Positions 21,336 to 32,042 of a DNA stretch of 64,000 bases are shown piece after piece. The DNA comes from Candidatus Latescibacterota bacterium (GTDB taxonomy: Bacteria > Latescibacterota > UBA2968 > GCA-2709665): assembly GCA_965203805.1 (NCBI GenBank), contig OZ241917.1, positions 3,904,001 to 3,968,000 on the forward strand, written 5' to 3'. Within the stretch, counting starts at the first letter, position 1; each line of letters opens with the position of its first letter. Made by a program: the position numbers and the translations under genes. Under the pieces are notes generated by a model that worked only from the letters and a program-made list of their open reading frames with translations, made no database searches and had not been told where the DNA came from.

Positions 21336-21625
21336 AGCGTGCGAATTTTTCTTCAGGAATAGTGAATGACCTCATATCAGAAACGGAGTGTGAAGCAGTG
21401 CCCTTCGCAATTGGCTTGCAGCCTCTAGCCTGCTTGGTTGGCGAAATTTGTAGCATTTGAGTCAAGTTTCATGCTGAGACCGCTCAAATGGGGCCTGTTT
21501 TAATGACACAGACACGCTCTTGCAACAACACGTCTCGGCGGTCTGAGGCGAAGCCTCGTTAGAACTTTGTTTGACATCGCGTATTATAAAAACCACAACA
21601 TAGAGTCTAAATAGGGAGATTTCGA

Positions 21626-22228
21626 ATGCGCGCATTTATCGTTACTCTATTTTTGCTTTGTTCGACAGCCGAAGGGTATGGACAAACTCGTGATGGTTTT
21701 TACCTTCGCCTAAACTCAGGATTGGGTAATTTGCGAGCCTCGGAGAAAGCAATTGAGGATGAGTTTACTTTAACGGGTGTTTCGGGTATTTCGTCGATCG
21801 CTGTTGGACATTCTGTTGCAACAAATTCGTTTATTAATGTTGACGTATTCGCGGGTGTTGTTTTGGACCCAAGTTTGGATTTTAATAGGGCTGCGTTAGG
21901 TAGGTTGACAGATGCAGAGATGTCAGTTGCGGGAATAGGTGTGGGAATTACTCATTACTTCATGCCGGCCAATTTCTATATTGCTGGTTCCCTTGGATTA
22001 GCTACAGCGGAGTTGAGTTACGCAAATACAACTATTGAAACAGATTCGGGTTGGGGGATAAATGCTGTAATTGGTAAAGAATGGTGGGTAAGCAAGTCTT
22101 GGTCATTAGGGTTGTCGGGTCAATATTTCTATGTTGTAGTGCCTGACAAAAGTATCAATTCTAATGCGACTTTTGATTTGAAAGCTCGTAGTTTTGGGAT
22201 TCTATTGTCAGCTTCATTTAATAAATGA
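21626..22228 (+). CDS. Small outer-membrane beta-barrel protein
   Basis: Signal peptide, RDGFYLRL, alternating beta strands, GKEWWVS, terminal SASFNK; AT-rich relative to its neighbours; SD GGGAG. Confidence 0.75.
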   Translation: MRAFIVTLFLLCSTAEGYGQTRDGFYLRLNSGLGNLRASEKAIEDEFTLTGVSGISSIAVGHSVATNSFINVDVFAGVVLDPSLDFNRAALGRLTDAEMSVAGIGVGITHYFMPANFYIAGSLGLATAELSYANTTIETDSGWGINAVIGKEWWVSKSWSLGLSGQYFYVVVPDKSINSNATFDLKARSFGILLSASFNK

Positions 22229-22278
22229 TCGAGATGTACGTGCTGTCGGTATCGAAAAATGAACTTAGTGGCGCGATT

Positions 22279-22311
22279 GGAGCCCGGAAGAAACACGATC
22301 CGGGCTCCTTT
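22279..22311 (+). terminator. Intrinsic terminator-like hairpin
   Basis: GGAGCCCGGA-loop-TCCGGGCTCC followed by TTT, downstream of the beta-barrel gene. Confidence 0.6.
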
Positions 22312-22323
22312 GCTATGTTTTTT

Positions 22324-22350
22324 TGAACCCATTGCGCCCGGCCCGTGTCT
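22324..22350 (+). promoter_or_regulatory. Putative ECF-sigma promoter TGAACC-N17-GTCT
   Basis: The same boxes and spacing recur at 59189-59215 upstream of another GWxTD gene. Confidence 0.45.
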
Positions 22351-22420
22351 TTTGGGAAGGACGGGCTTTGGACATCAACCTCATTCAGATCTCCTCGAAG
22401 CGAGAGTAAGACGTCTTGCA

Positions 22421-24844
22421 ATGCCATCCCTGATAATTCGTCAAACGCGATGTTGCCGCGCAGGATTGGGTTCTTTCATGTTCGCGGTGCTGTGCCTCGG
22501 ACTCTGTGTCACGACACCGATTGCCGCTGGCGTGACACAGGTTGCCGACAGGCTCTATGAGTCAGCTCTAAAACAGGTCGGTCGCGTCACCGTCGAGGAG
22601 AGCCTGAAGGCATTTCGTGAAGTATTGAAGGCGGACCGGGACTTTGCGCCGGCCCATTACGAGATCGCGAAGCTATATATGTCGCTTGATACGCCCATGG
22701 ATCGCCAGAGCGCGCGCAGCTCGTTGGACGCGGCGATTCGGCTGGATCCTCGCAACGCGGATTATCAACTCACGCTCGGTGAGTTGCTCGGCAAGCAGGG
22801 ACTTTGGTTGAAGGCGGAACGGCATTACGAAAAGGTTTGTGAGACCTATCCTGAAAAACACGCCCAGGCGGCATATATGGTGGGCTTTTTCGCAATGCAA
22901 GCCTTCTTTAAGTACATAGATATGGAGCATATAGACGTAACCGCTGGGGCGGGCGGCCCCTCATATCACCTGTTTCGATGGGAGGAATTCGGTTCGCGAG
23001 ACCGCGAGAAAGCACTGGCATTCCTCACCAAAAGCATCGACGCCGATCCTGGCTTTCGGGAAGCTTATTATGATCTGGGACTGATTCACTATGAGAGCAA
23101 GAACCCGAAAGGATTGGTAACGGCATCAAAGCTATGTCTGGACCAGTATCCCGAGGACAAAGACGCGTTGCTCTATTGTGGATTGGGATACCAGGGGATG
23201 GGTGAATGGGAAACGGCTCATAGGTATTACAGGCGTGCCCTGGAGCGAATGTCTGCGGAGGAACGCGCGTTAATGGAGTCGGTGGACGTGATTGCAAGCC
23301 AGAAGGAACTATCGGTGATTGATTCAAATGCGACGTCCGATGCGACCCGAAACGGATGGACGGAAAGCCCTGAGCTTGTCCGGTTCTGGCGGAAACGTGA
23401 TCCACTTTACCTGACGGCGTTCAGCGAACGGCGGATGGAGCACTATGGACGCGTGGCGTATGCCAATCTCCGGTATGGGCAGCGACTGAAGGGAATACCA
23501 GGATGGAAGACAGACCGCGGGAAGGCATATATCAAGTTTGGGCGGTATCTCAAAAAGAAAGCAGAGCGTCCTGAAATCGAAGGCGGTGTTGACTCGTTCG
23601 AGGGCAGCTTCCGCCGAGATTTCCACGGCGGTGACGAAACGTGGATCTATGAGGGATTTACGATTTCCTTTGTCAATAGCGACGGGCTGGATTCGTGGCG
23701 TTTCGATACCCGTCCGGGTCGGACATCGAGTCGGTACGTGTTCAATCATCAGCCTACCCATTTCATGGACCCTTATGGTCGTTTCAAATACCGAATCCCA
23801 TTCCAGATTGCAATCTTCAAGGACGGCGACAGCCGCCGCCTTGAACTGGCCTATGCGCTGCCCGAGTACAACGTAAGCCTATCGAATTCGGACCGGACTA
23901 TTGCTATTGAGAATGGAGTGTTTGTGTTTGACGAGGAGTGGGAGGAAGTGTATCGGAAGCATTCCGATCTCGAACTGAAGTGGCCCGAGTTGACACCCAC
24001 CGGGTATCCCGATGCAGACAGCTTGCGTAAAAATCATCTGGTGTTTCAGTTGGCCTTTGAGGTGCCGAATGGTAGTTACAACTTGGTTGGCGAGGTCCGC
24101 GACCTGAATCGCGGGTCGATAGGTACGTTTCGGGAAAGGCGCAGGTCCGAGACAGTAGATTCTTTGTTGTCAATGAGCGATCTGTTGCTGGCCACGCATA
24201 TCGAATCGCGAACACCGTTTCCGGAAGGAAGGAGCGATCTCACGATCGTGGCGAATCCACTGCGGACGTACCATCGGGCGGAGCCCGCGTTCATCTACCT
24301 GGAGGTTTACAACCTGAAGCGTGACAGATATGGACAAGCGGAGTACGAGATCTCGTATCAAATCGGCCGTCCGAAACAGAAGGAAATCGATCCGTTTCTG
24401 TTCCTGGCACAGCGGTTGCCGCATGGTGACGTTCAATTGGAAATGACACGTGCGCGAGGGATACACGGGGGCGAACCAGGTCTTCCGGCACGGCTCACTA
24501 TGGATGAAGATCAGACTCCAACGGGTGTCTTCATACCTGGCCGAAACGTGAGCCCGGACCTATTCGAACGGGGACGAGAAGACGAGGTGACGTACCGCGT
24601 TAGGTACGTCTTTCCGAAAGAAGATGAACTTGCCAGCCGGATCAAGGAGATGGGCCGGAGCAAAGAGGGTGTGGAGACGACAATCACGGCGCGCTATGAG
24701 GGCAGCCGGGAGGATGACTTCACGTATTTGCAGATTGACCTGAGCCACGTGCCTGCGGGAGTGCACCTCCTATCGGTGCGGCTGAAAGACATGCATACCG
24801 GTCAGGAAGCGTCGCGGGATGCGTTGTTCCGGGTAATTGAGTGA
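22421..24844 (+). CDS. TPR + GWxTD domain protein (array copy 1)
   Basis: Signal peptide, TPRs, FWRKRDP...ERRMEHYGRVAYAN...GWKTDRGKAYIKFG. The track ORF begins at 22259. Confidence 0.9.
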   Translation: MPSLIIRQTRCCRAGLGSFMFAVLCLGLCVTTPIAAGVTQVADRLYESALKQVGRVTVEESLKAFREVLKADRDFAPAHYEIAKLYMSLDTPMDRQSARSSLDAAIRLDPRNADYQLTLGELLGKQGLWLKAERHYEKVCETYPEKHAQAAYMVGFFAMQAFFKYIDMEHIDVTAGAGGPSYHLFRWEEFGSRDREKALAFLTKSIDADPGFREAYYDLGLIHYESKNPKGLVTASKLCLDQYPEDKDALLYCGLGYQGMGEWETAHRYYRRALERMSAEERALMESVDVIASQKELSVIDSNATSDATRNGWTESPELVRFWRKRDPLYLTAFSERRMEHYGRVAYANLRYGQRLKGIPGWKTDRGKAYIKFGRYLKKKAERPEIEGGVDSFEGSFRRDFHGGDETWIYEGFTISFVNSDGLDSWRFDTRPGRTSSRYVFNHQPTHFMDPYGRFKYRIPFQIAIFKDGDSRRLELAYALPEYNVSLSNSDRTIAIENGVFVFDEEWEEVYRKHSDLELKWPELTPTGYPDADSLRKNHLVFQLAFEVPNGSYNLVGEVRDLNRGSIGTFRERRRSETVDSLLSMSDLLLATHIESRTPFPEGRSDLTIVANPLRTYHRAEPAFIYLEVYNLKRDRYGQAEYEISYQIGRPKQKEIDPFLFLAQRLPHGDVQLEMTRARGIHGGEPGLPARLTMDEDQTPTGVFIPGRNVSPDLFERGREDEVTYRVRYVFPKEDELASRIKEMGRSKEGVETTITARYEGSREDDFTYLQIDLSHVPAGVHLLSVRLKDMHTGQEASRDALFRVIE

Positions 24845-24877
24845 ACGCGAGCAAATAGAAGTTCACGAGGTGCTGTT

Positions 24878-27202
24878 ATGGCATTTCGAATATTTCGTCA
24901 CATCCAAAGATGGTTTAGGAGGTTTACTTCCTATGTAGTTGTACCTTTTTGCCTTGGATTCTCTGTCATTTCACCACTCGAAGGCACGATGAAGCAGTAT
25001 GCCGATACGATTTTCGAGTCAGCGCTGGAACAGGTCGGTGATGTTGCCATCGAGCAGAGCCTGCAGGACTTCCGAGCCGTATTGAAGGTGGACCCGGACT
25101 ACGCACCGGCTCACTACGAGATGGCGAAATTGTATATGTCGATGAATACGCCGCTTACCCGCCAGAGCGCGCGCAAGTCGCTGGACGAGGCGATTCGGCT
25201 GGAACCGGGCAACGGAGACTATCAACTGATGCTCGGTGAGTTGCTCGGCAAGCAGGGACTTTGGTTGAAGGCGGAACGGCATTACGAAAAGGTTTGTGAG
25301 ACCCATCCTGAAAGACTTGCCGAGGCGGCGTATAGGGTAGGCTTTTTTTCCATGCAGGCGTTCCTGAAGTATATCAATCTGGAGCACGTGGATATCGTCG
25401 ACGGGGGGGGGGCGGGCCCACCAACGTATCACCTGTTTCGTTGGGAAGAACACGCTACGCGGGATCGGGAGAAGGCGTTGGCATTCTTGATAAAGAGCAT
25501 CGTGGCAGATCCTAAAAATCGTGACGCGTATTACGATTTGGGGCTGATCCATTATGAAAGCAAGAACCCTGAAGGACTCGTGAAGGCATCAAAGCTATGC
25601 ATGGATCAGTATCCCGAGGATAAGGACGCGCTGCTCTATTGTGGCTTGGGATACCAGGGGATGGGTGAATGGGAGACTGCCCATGAGTATTATATGCGCG
25701 CGTTGGAGCGAATGTCGACTGAGGAACGCGCTCTGATGGAGTCCGTGGACCTGATTGCAAGCCAGGAGGAACGATCGGTACTTGATTCGATTGCGACGAC
25801 CGATACGACCCGAATCGGATGGACGGATAACCCTGAGCGGGCGCGATTCTGGCGGAAAGGTGATCCACTTTACCTGACGCCATTCAGCGAGCGGCGGATG
25901 GAGCACTATGGACGCCTGGCGTATGCCAATCTTCGATATGGGCGGCGACTGAAAGGGAAACCGGGATGGCAGACGGACCGCGGGAAAGCACACATAAAGT
26001 TCGGGCCTGCTCTCAACAGGAAGGCAAGGCGGCTTGAGATCCCAGGAGGTGTTGACTCGTTCGAAGGCAGGTTCGGCCAAAATATCCAGGGCGGTGACGA
26101 GGAGTGGTACTATGAGGGATTCTCGATCTCGTTTGTCAACAGCGACGGTCTGGATTTGTGGCGTTTCGACACCCGTCCGGGTCGGACATCGGGACGGTAT
26201 ACGTTCAATCATCGACCAACACACTATATGGACCCGTTTCGTCATCACAAATACAGAATCCCATACCAGGTGGCAAGCTTCAAGGATGGTGACAGCGTCC
26301 GCGTGGAACTGGCGTATGCGCTGCCGAAATACAATGTATCTGCCTCGGATGCGGACAGTGGTTTTGTATTGGAAAACGGAGTATTTGTGTTTGACGAGAA
26401 CTGGGACGAGATATATCGGAAGCGGTCGGATCTCAACCTGAGTTGGCCTGAGTTAACGCCCAGCGGGTATCCTGCTGCGGACAGCTTGCGGAATAGTCAC
26501 GTGGTGTTTCAGTTGGCATTCAGGGTGGCCCCCGGCACGTACCTTCTGGTCGGCGAGGTGCGGGAGCGGAAGCGCGGGTCGATAGGTACGTTCCGTGAGG
26601 AGCGTGGCTTTGCGACCGCGGATACAGTGTTGTCGCTGAGCGATCTGCTGTTGGCCACGCAAATTGAGACGGGGTCGCCTTTTCCGGAGAAGAGAAGTCA
26701 CCTCAACGTCGTTGGGAATCCGCTGCGGACCTACGATCGGTCGGAGCCCGCGTTCATGTACCTGGAGGTTTACAACCTGAAGCGAGATGAGTACGGACGC
26801 ACGGAATATGAGATCTCCTATCGCATCGGGCGGCTTGGCAAAGAAGAGATCGATCCGTACGAGTTCATAGCGGAGCGATTGCCGGGGAATGGCAAGCCGT
26901 CGGGTGCTGCACAGGTGCATGTGACACGCAACGAACGACTTGAGGTGACAGAGGTGGAAGAGGTTCGGGAGGGCGAGGACGATGAACGGGCCAGGCGGAT
27001 CAAAGAAGCGGGACCCAGCGGAGAGGAGTTGGAGACGACGGTAACAAGCCGATATGAGGGACAACGAGAGGATGACTTCACGTATCTGCAGATTGACCTG
27101 GGTCACGTCCCTGTGGGTGTACACCTGCTGTCAGTTAGGGTCAAAGACGTGAAAACCGGACAGGTGTCTACGCGTGAAGAGACGTTCCGTGTGATCGAGT
27201 GA
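24878..27202 (+). CDS. TPR + GWxTD domain protein (array copy 2)
   Basis: GWQTDRGKAHIKFG; paralogous throughout to copy 1. Confidence 0.9.
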   Translation: MAFRIFRHIQRWFRRFTSYVVVPFCLGFSVISPLEGTMKQYADTIFESALEQVGDVAIEQSLQDFRAVLKVDPDYAPAHYEMAKLYMSMNTPLTRQSARKSLDEAIRLEPGNGDYQLMLGELLGKQGLWLKAERHYEKVCETHPERLAEAAYRVGFFSMQAFLKYINLEHVDIVDGGGAGPPTYHLFRWEEHATRDREKALAFLIKSIVADPKNRDAYYDLGLIHYESKNPEGLVKASKLCMDQYPEDKDALLYCGLGYQGMGEWETAHEYYMRALERMSTEERALMESVDLIASQEERSVLDSIATTDTTRIGWTDNPERARFWRKGDPLYLTPFSERRMEHYGRLAYANLRYGRRLKGKPGWQTDRGKAHIKFGPALNRKARRLEIPGGVDSFEGRFGQNIQGGDEEWYYEGFSISFVNSDGLDLWRFDTRPGRTSGRYTFNHRPTHYMDPFRHHKYRIPYQVASFKDGDSVRVELAYALPKYNVSASDADSGFVLENGVFVFDENWDEIYRKRSDLNLSWPELTPSGYPAADSLRNSHVVFQLAFRVAPGTYLLVGEVRERKRGSIGTFREERGFATADTVLSLSDLLLATQIETGSPFPEKRSHLNVVGNPLRTYDRSEPAFMYLEVYNLKRDEYGRTEYEISYRIGRLGKEEIDPYEFIAERLPGNGKPSGAAQVHVTRNERLEVTEVEEVREGEDDERARRIKEAGPSGEELETTVTSRYEGQREDDFTYLQIDLGHVPVGVHLLSVRVKDVKTGQVSTREETFRVIE
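25403..25412 (+). repeat. G10 homopolymer inside GWxTD copy 2
   Basis: GAC GGG GGG GGG GCG; not present in the paralogs. Confidence 0.85.
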
Positions 27203-27234
27203 TTTGGGCAGATGTAAGTTCAGGAGGTCTCGTA

Positions 27235-29658
27235 ATGTCATTCCGAATAGTTCGTCACATCCAACGATACTGGAGAGGGTTACCTCCTACTGGTTTTGCG
27301 TTTATATGCTTCGGGTTCTATGTACCAATGCCGCTCGAAGCCACAACACAGCAATACGCCAATGAGCTATATGAAACTGCGGTAGAGCAGGTCGGTCGCG
27401 TCACCGTCGAGGAGAGCCTGAAGGCATTTCGTGACGTATTGAAGGCGGACCGGGACTTTGCGCCGGCCCATTACGAGATCGCGAAGCTGCATATGTCGCT
27501 TGACACGCCTATGGATCGTCAGAGTGCGAGAAAGTCGCTGGATGAGGCGATTCGGCTGGAGCCGGAAAATGGGGATTATCAACTGGCGCTCGGCGAGTTA
27601 CTCGGCAGACAGGGGCTCTGGATGATTGCGCAGCGGCATTACGGGAGCGTCTACGAAAAGCACCCGGAAAAACGCGCCGAGGCGGCATACATGGCGGGAT
27701 TTTTCGCAATGCAGAACTTTCTGAAGTATATCGATTTGGAGCATGTAGATATCGTTCAAGGAATGATGGGCGAACCTGATACGTATCATCCATTTCGCTG
27801 GGAGGAATACGGTGGGCGCGATCGCGAGAAGGCACTGGAATTCCTTATAAAGTGTATCGAAGCCGATCCTGGTTATCGACAAGCACATTACGATTTGGGC
27901 TTGATCCACTATGAGAGCAAGAACCCCAAAGGATTGGTAACGGCATCAAAGCTTTGTCTTGATCAGTATCCCGAGGATAAGGACGCGCTTCTGTATTGCG
28001 GTCTGGGATACCAGGGGATGGGAGAATTGGAGGCTGCCAATGAGTATTACATGCGCGCGTTGGAGCGAATGTCGGCGGAGGAACGCGCGCTAATGGAGTC
28101 GGTGGACCTGATTGCAAGCGAGGAGGAACTGTCGGCGCTTGATTCAATTTTGACGAGCGAAACGACCCCAAACGGATGGACGGATGACCGTGAACGGGTG
28201 CGATTCTGGCGGAAACGCGACCCACTTCACCTTACGGTATTCAGCGAACGGCGGATGGAGCACTATGGACGCGTGGCGTATGCCAATCTCCGGTATGGTC
28301 GACGATTGAAGGAAATGCCTGGATGGCAAACAGACCGAGGGAAGGCACACATCAAATTCGGGCACGCGGTTAAAAAGAGGGCAAGGCGACTTGAGATCCC
28401 AGGAGGTGTTGATTCATTCAACGGCGAGTTCGGCCGAACGATCCAGGGCGGTGATAAGGTCTGGTTCTATGAGGGATTCTCTATCTCGTTCGTCAACAGC
28501 GACGGTCTGGATTCGTGGCGTTTCGACACCCGTCCGGGCCGTGTTTCGGGTCGATATACGTTCGATCAGGAAGAACCCCATTTTCGTGATCCTTATCGAC
28601 TAAGCAAATACAGAGTCCCGTATCAGATTGCAAGCTTCAAAGACGGGGACCGTTACCGCATCGAACTGGCGTATGCACTGCCGAAATACAATGTGTCCGC
28701 CTCGGATGCGGAAATCGGTCTTGATTTGGAGAATGGCGTTTTTGTGTTTGACGAGGACTGGGCCGAAGTGTATCGCAAGCGTTCAGATATTAGCCTGAGA
28801 TGGCCAGAGTTGACACCGAGCGGGTATCCCAATGCGGACAGCCTGCGCATAAGTCATCTGGTGATCCAGTTGGCGTTCGAGGTGCCGCCAGGCAGGTACA
28901 ACTTGATAGGCGAGGTGCGGGACCGCAAGCGGGGGTCAATAGGGACATTCCGTGAGGAGCGTGGCTTAGCGACCGCGGACTCTGATCTGTCGATGAGCGA
29001 TCTGCTGTTGGCGACGCAGATAGAGACCGGGTCGTCTTTTCCGGAGAAAAGAAGCCACCTCAACATAGTAGCGAATCCGCTGCGGACCTATCATCGGTCG
29101 GAATCCGCGTTCATCTACTTGGAAATGTATGAACTGAAGCGGGACGAATTCGGTCGAACGGAGTATGAGATTTCCTATCGCATCGGTCGACCCGTAGGAG
29201 AAGAAATAGACCCGTACATGTTCATGTCTCAACAATTGCCTGTTGGCGGCGAGCAAATTGAAGTGACTCACGTTCTTGGGTCACACGAGTCGAGCATGCG
29301 CCAACGAATGCGAGTGTCGGAGGAAGAAGAACAGCAGCATCATGGCTTGTCGGTTGCGTCGCAAGAGGTCGTTCAGGGTAATCTCAAGAGCAAGGATGAA
29401 TTAACGTACCAGGCAAAGTTTATATTTCCGGATGAGGATAAACTTGCCAGCCGGATCAAGGATTTGCATCCAAACGAGGAAGGGGTAGAAACAACAATTA
29501 CTGCACGATATGAGGGACACCGTGAGGATGACTTCACGTATCTGCAAATCGACCTGAGTCACGTGCCAGTGGGCGTGCATCGGTTGTCGGTTAGGGTCAA
29601 GGACATGCATAACGGACAGATGACGGCACGGGAAGAACTGCTGCGTGTGATCGAGTGA
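27235..29658 (+). CDS. TPR + GWxTD domain protein (array copy 3)
   Basis: SD CAGGAGG, GWQTDRGKAHIKFG. Confidence 0.9.
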   Translation: MSFRIVRHIQRYWRGLPPTGFAFICFGFYVPMPLEATTQQYANELYETAVEQVGRVTVEESLKAFRDVLKADRDFAPAHYEIAKLHMSLDTPMDRQSARKSLDEAIRLEPENGDYQLALGELLGRQGLWMIAQRHYGSVYEKHPEKRAEAAYMAGFFAMQNFLKYIDLEHVDIVQGMMGEPDTYHPFRWEEYGGRDREKALEFLIKCIEADPGYRQAHYDLGLIHYESKNPKGLVTASKLCLDQYPEDKDALLYCGLGYQGMGELEAANEYYMRALERMSAEERALMESVDLIASEEELSALDSILTSETTPNGWTDDRERVRFWRKRDPLHLTVFSERRMEHYGRVAYANLRYGRRLKEMPGWQTDRGKAHIKFGHAVKKRARRLEIPGGVDSFNGEFGRTIQGGDKVWFYEGFSISFVNSDGLDSWRFDTRPGRVSGRYTFDQEEPHFRDPYRLSKYRVPYQIASFKDGDRYRIELAYALPKYNVSASDAEIGLDLENGVFVFDEDWAEVYRKRSDISLRWPELTPSGYPNADSLRISHLVIQLAFEVPPGRYNLIGEVRDRKRGSIGTFREERGLATADSDLSMSDLLLATQIETGSSFPEKRSHLNIVANPLRTYHRSESAFIYLEMYELKRDEFGRTEYEISYRIGRPVGEEIDPYMFMSQQLPVGGEQIEVTHVLGSHESSMRQRMRVSEEEEQQHHGLSVASQEVVQGNLKSKDELTYQAKFIFPDEDKLASRIKDLHPNEEGVETTITARYEGHREDDFTYLQIDLSHVPVGVHRLSVRVKDMHNGQMTAREELLRVIE

Positions 29659-29691
29659 TGGCGTGCACATGTAAGGTCAGGAGGTCTTGTA

Positions 29692-32010
29692 ATGTCATCC
29701 CTGATTGTTCGTCACATCCAAAGATGGTTTAGAAGGTTCACTTCCTATGGAGTTGTACCTTTTTGCCTTGGATTCTCTGTCATTTCACCACTCGAAGGCA
29801 CGACGAAGCAGTATGCCGATACGATTTTTGAGTCAGCTCTGGAACAGGTCGATCGCGTCACCGTCGAGCAGAGCCTGCAGGACTTCCGAGCTGTATTGAA
29901 GGCGGACCGGGACTACGCGCCGGCTCATTACGAGATCGCGAAATTGTATATGTCGCTTGACACGCCTATGGATCGCCAAAGCGCGCGCAGGTCGTTGGAC
30001 GCGGCGATTCGATTGGAACCGGGTAATGGGGACTATCAATTGAAGCTCGGTGAGTTGCTCGCCAAACAGGGACTCTGGTTGAGGGCTGAGCGCCAATATG
30101 AAAAGGTGTGCGAAACCCACCCCGAGAGGATTGCCGAGGCAGCATATATGGTAGGGTTTTTTTCCCTGCAGGCGTTCTTGAAGTATATCGATATGGAGCA
30201 CATAGATATTATTACTGGCGGCGGGCCACCTACATATCACCTGTTTCGTTGGGAAGAATTCGGTGCGCGCGATCGGGAAAAAGCACTGGCATTCCTTATA
30301 AAGAGCATCGAGGCCGATTCTGGGTTACGTGATGCCTATTTTGATTTGGGACTGATCCATTATGAGAGCAAAAACCCCAAAGGGCTCGTAACAGCATCAA
30401 AGCTCTGCCTGGATCAGTATCCTGAGGATAAGGACGCGTTGCTCTATTGTGGGTTGGGCTACTTGGGGATGGGTGAATTGAAAACTGCCCACGAGTATTA
30501 TATACGCGCGTTGGGGCGAATGTCGGCGCAGGAACGCGCTCTGATGGAGTCGGTGGACCTGATTGCAAGCAAGAAGGAACTATCGGCGCTTGATTCGATT
30601 GCGACAATCGATACGACCCGATACGGATGGACGGATAACCTTGAGGGGGTGCGATTCTGGCGGAAACGTGATCCACTGTATCTGACGGCATTCAGCGAGC
30701 GGCGGATGGAGCACTATGGACGGGTGGCTTATGCCAATCTAAGATATGGGCAGCGGTTGAAGGGGATACCGGGATGGCAGACGGACCGCGGGAAGGCATA
30801 TATCAAATTCGGGCGGTATCTCAGCAAATCGGCGACGCGGCTGGAGTTGCCAGGCGGTGTCGATGGAGCGAGCACCAGCATTAGTAGAGTCGTTCAGGGT
30901 GGGAATGAAGAGTGGTATTATGATGGTTTTTCAATTTCGTTTTTCAACAGCGACGGTCTGGATTCGTGGCGTTTCGATACCCGTCCAGGGAGGGTCTCTG
31001 GTCGATATACGTTTAATCATGAACCGACTCACTATAGGGACCCGTATCGCCATCGCAAGTACAGAATTCCTTACCAGGTTGCGAGCTTCAAGGACGGGGA
31101 CAACTACCGGGTGGAACTTGCATACGCGCTGCCGAAATACAATGTATCTGCCTCGGATGCGGACAGTGGTTTTGTATTGGAAAACGGAGTATTTGTGTTT
31201 GACGAGAACTGGGACGAGATATATCGGAAGCGGTCGGATCTCAACCTGAGTTGGCCTGAGTTAACGCCCATCGGGTATCCTGCTGCGGACAGCTTGCGGA
31301 ATAGTCACGTGGTGTTTCAGTTGGCATTCAGGGTAGCGCCTGGCACGTACAATCTGGTCGGTGAGGTGCGGGACCGGAAGCGGGGGTCTATAGGTACGTT
31401 TCGTGAGGAGCGCGGCTTTGCGACCGCGGATACAGTGTTGTTGCTGAGCGATCTGCTGTTGGCCACGCAGATTGAGACGGGACCGCCTTTTCCGGAGAAG
31501 AGAAGCCACCTCAACGTCGTTGCGAATCCACTGCGGACCTACGATCGGTCGGAGCCCGCATTCATCTACCTGGAGGTTTACAACCTGAAGCGAGATGAGT
31601 ACGGACGCACGGAGTATGAGATCTCCTATCGCATCGGGCGGCTTGGAGCAGAAGAGATCGATCCGTACGTGTTCATAGCGGAGCGATTACCGGGGAATGG
31701 CAAGCCGTCGGGTGCGGCACAGGTGCATGTGACACGCAACGAACGACTTGAGGTGACAGAGGTGGAAGAGGTGCGGGACGGCGAGGACGATGAACGGGCC
31801 AGGAGGATCGAAGAAACGGGACCCGGCGGAGAGGGATTGAAGACGACCGTAACAAGCCGATATCAAGGACACCGAGAGGATGATTTCACATATCTGCAGA
31901 TTGACCTGGGTCACGTCCCTGTGGGTGTACACCTGCTGTCGGTTAGGGTCAAAGACGTGAAAACCGGACAGGTGGCTACGCGTGAAGAACTGCTGCGTGT
32001 GATCGAGTGA
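29692..32010 (+). CDS. TPR + GWxTD domain protein (array copy 4)
   Basis: SD CAGGAGG, GWQTDRGKAYIKFG; long near-identical tracts shared with copy 2. Confidence 0.9.
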   Translation: MSSLIVRHIQRWFRRFTSYGVVPFCLGFSVISPLEGTTKQYADTIFESALEQVDRVTVEQSLQDFRAVLKADRDYAPAHYEIAKLYMSLDTPMDRQSARRSLDAAIRLEPGNGDYQLKLGELLAKQGLWLRAERQYEKVCETHPERIAEAAYMVGFFSLQAFLKYIDMEHIDIITGGGPPTYHLFRWEEFGARDREKALAFLIKSIEADSGLRDAYFDLGLIHYESKNPKGLVTASKLCLDQYPEDKDALLYCGLGYLGMGELKTAHEYYIRALGRMSAQERALMESVDLIASKKELSALDSIATIDTTRYGWTDNLEGVRFWRKRDPLYLTAFSERRMEHYGRVAYANLRYGQRLKGIPGWQTDRGKAYIKFGRYLSKSATRLELPGGVDGASTSISRVVQGGNEEWYYDGFSISFFNSDGLDSWRFDTRPGRVSGRYTFNHEPTHYRDPYRHRKYRIPYQVASFKDGDNYRVELAYALPKYNVSASDADSGFVLENGVFVFDENWDEIYRKRSDLNLSWPELTPIGYPAADSLRNSHVVFQLAFRVAPGTYNLVGEVRDRKRGSIGTFREERGFATADTVLLLSDLLLATQIETGPPFPEKRSHLNVVANPLRTYDRSEPAFIYLEVYNLKRDEYGRTEYEISYRIGRLGAEEIDPYVFIAERLPGNGKPSGAAQVHVTRNERLEVTEVEEVRDGEDDERARRIEETGPGGEGLKTTVTSRYQGHREDDFTYLQIDLGHVPVGVHLLSVRVKDVKTGQVATREELLRVIE

Positions 32011-32042
32011 TTTGGGCAGATGTAAGTTCAGGAGGTCTCGTA

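Noticed and set aside
24878-24990. Tat export signals in GWxTD and FGE leaders (RRF, MRRN)
   Set aside because: The twin Arg is not conserved among paralogs (WRGL, MKRKS) and the consensus match is poor.
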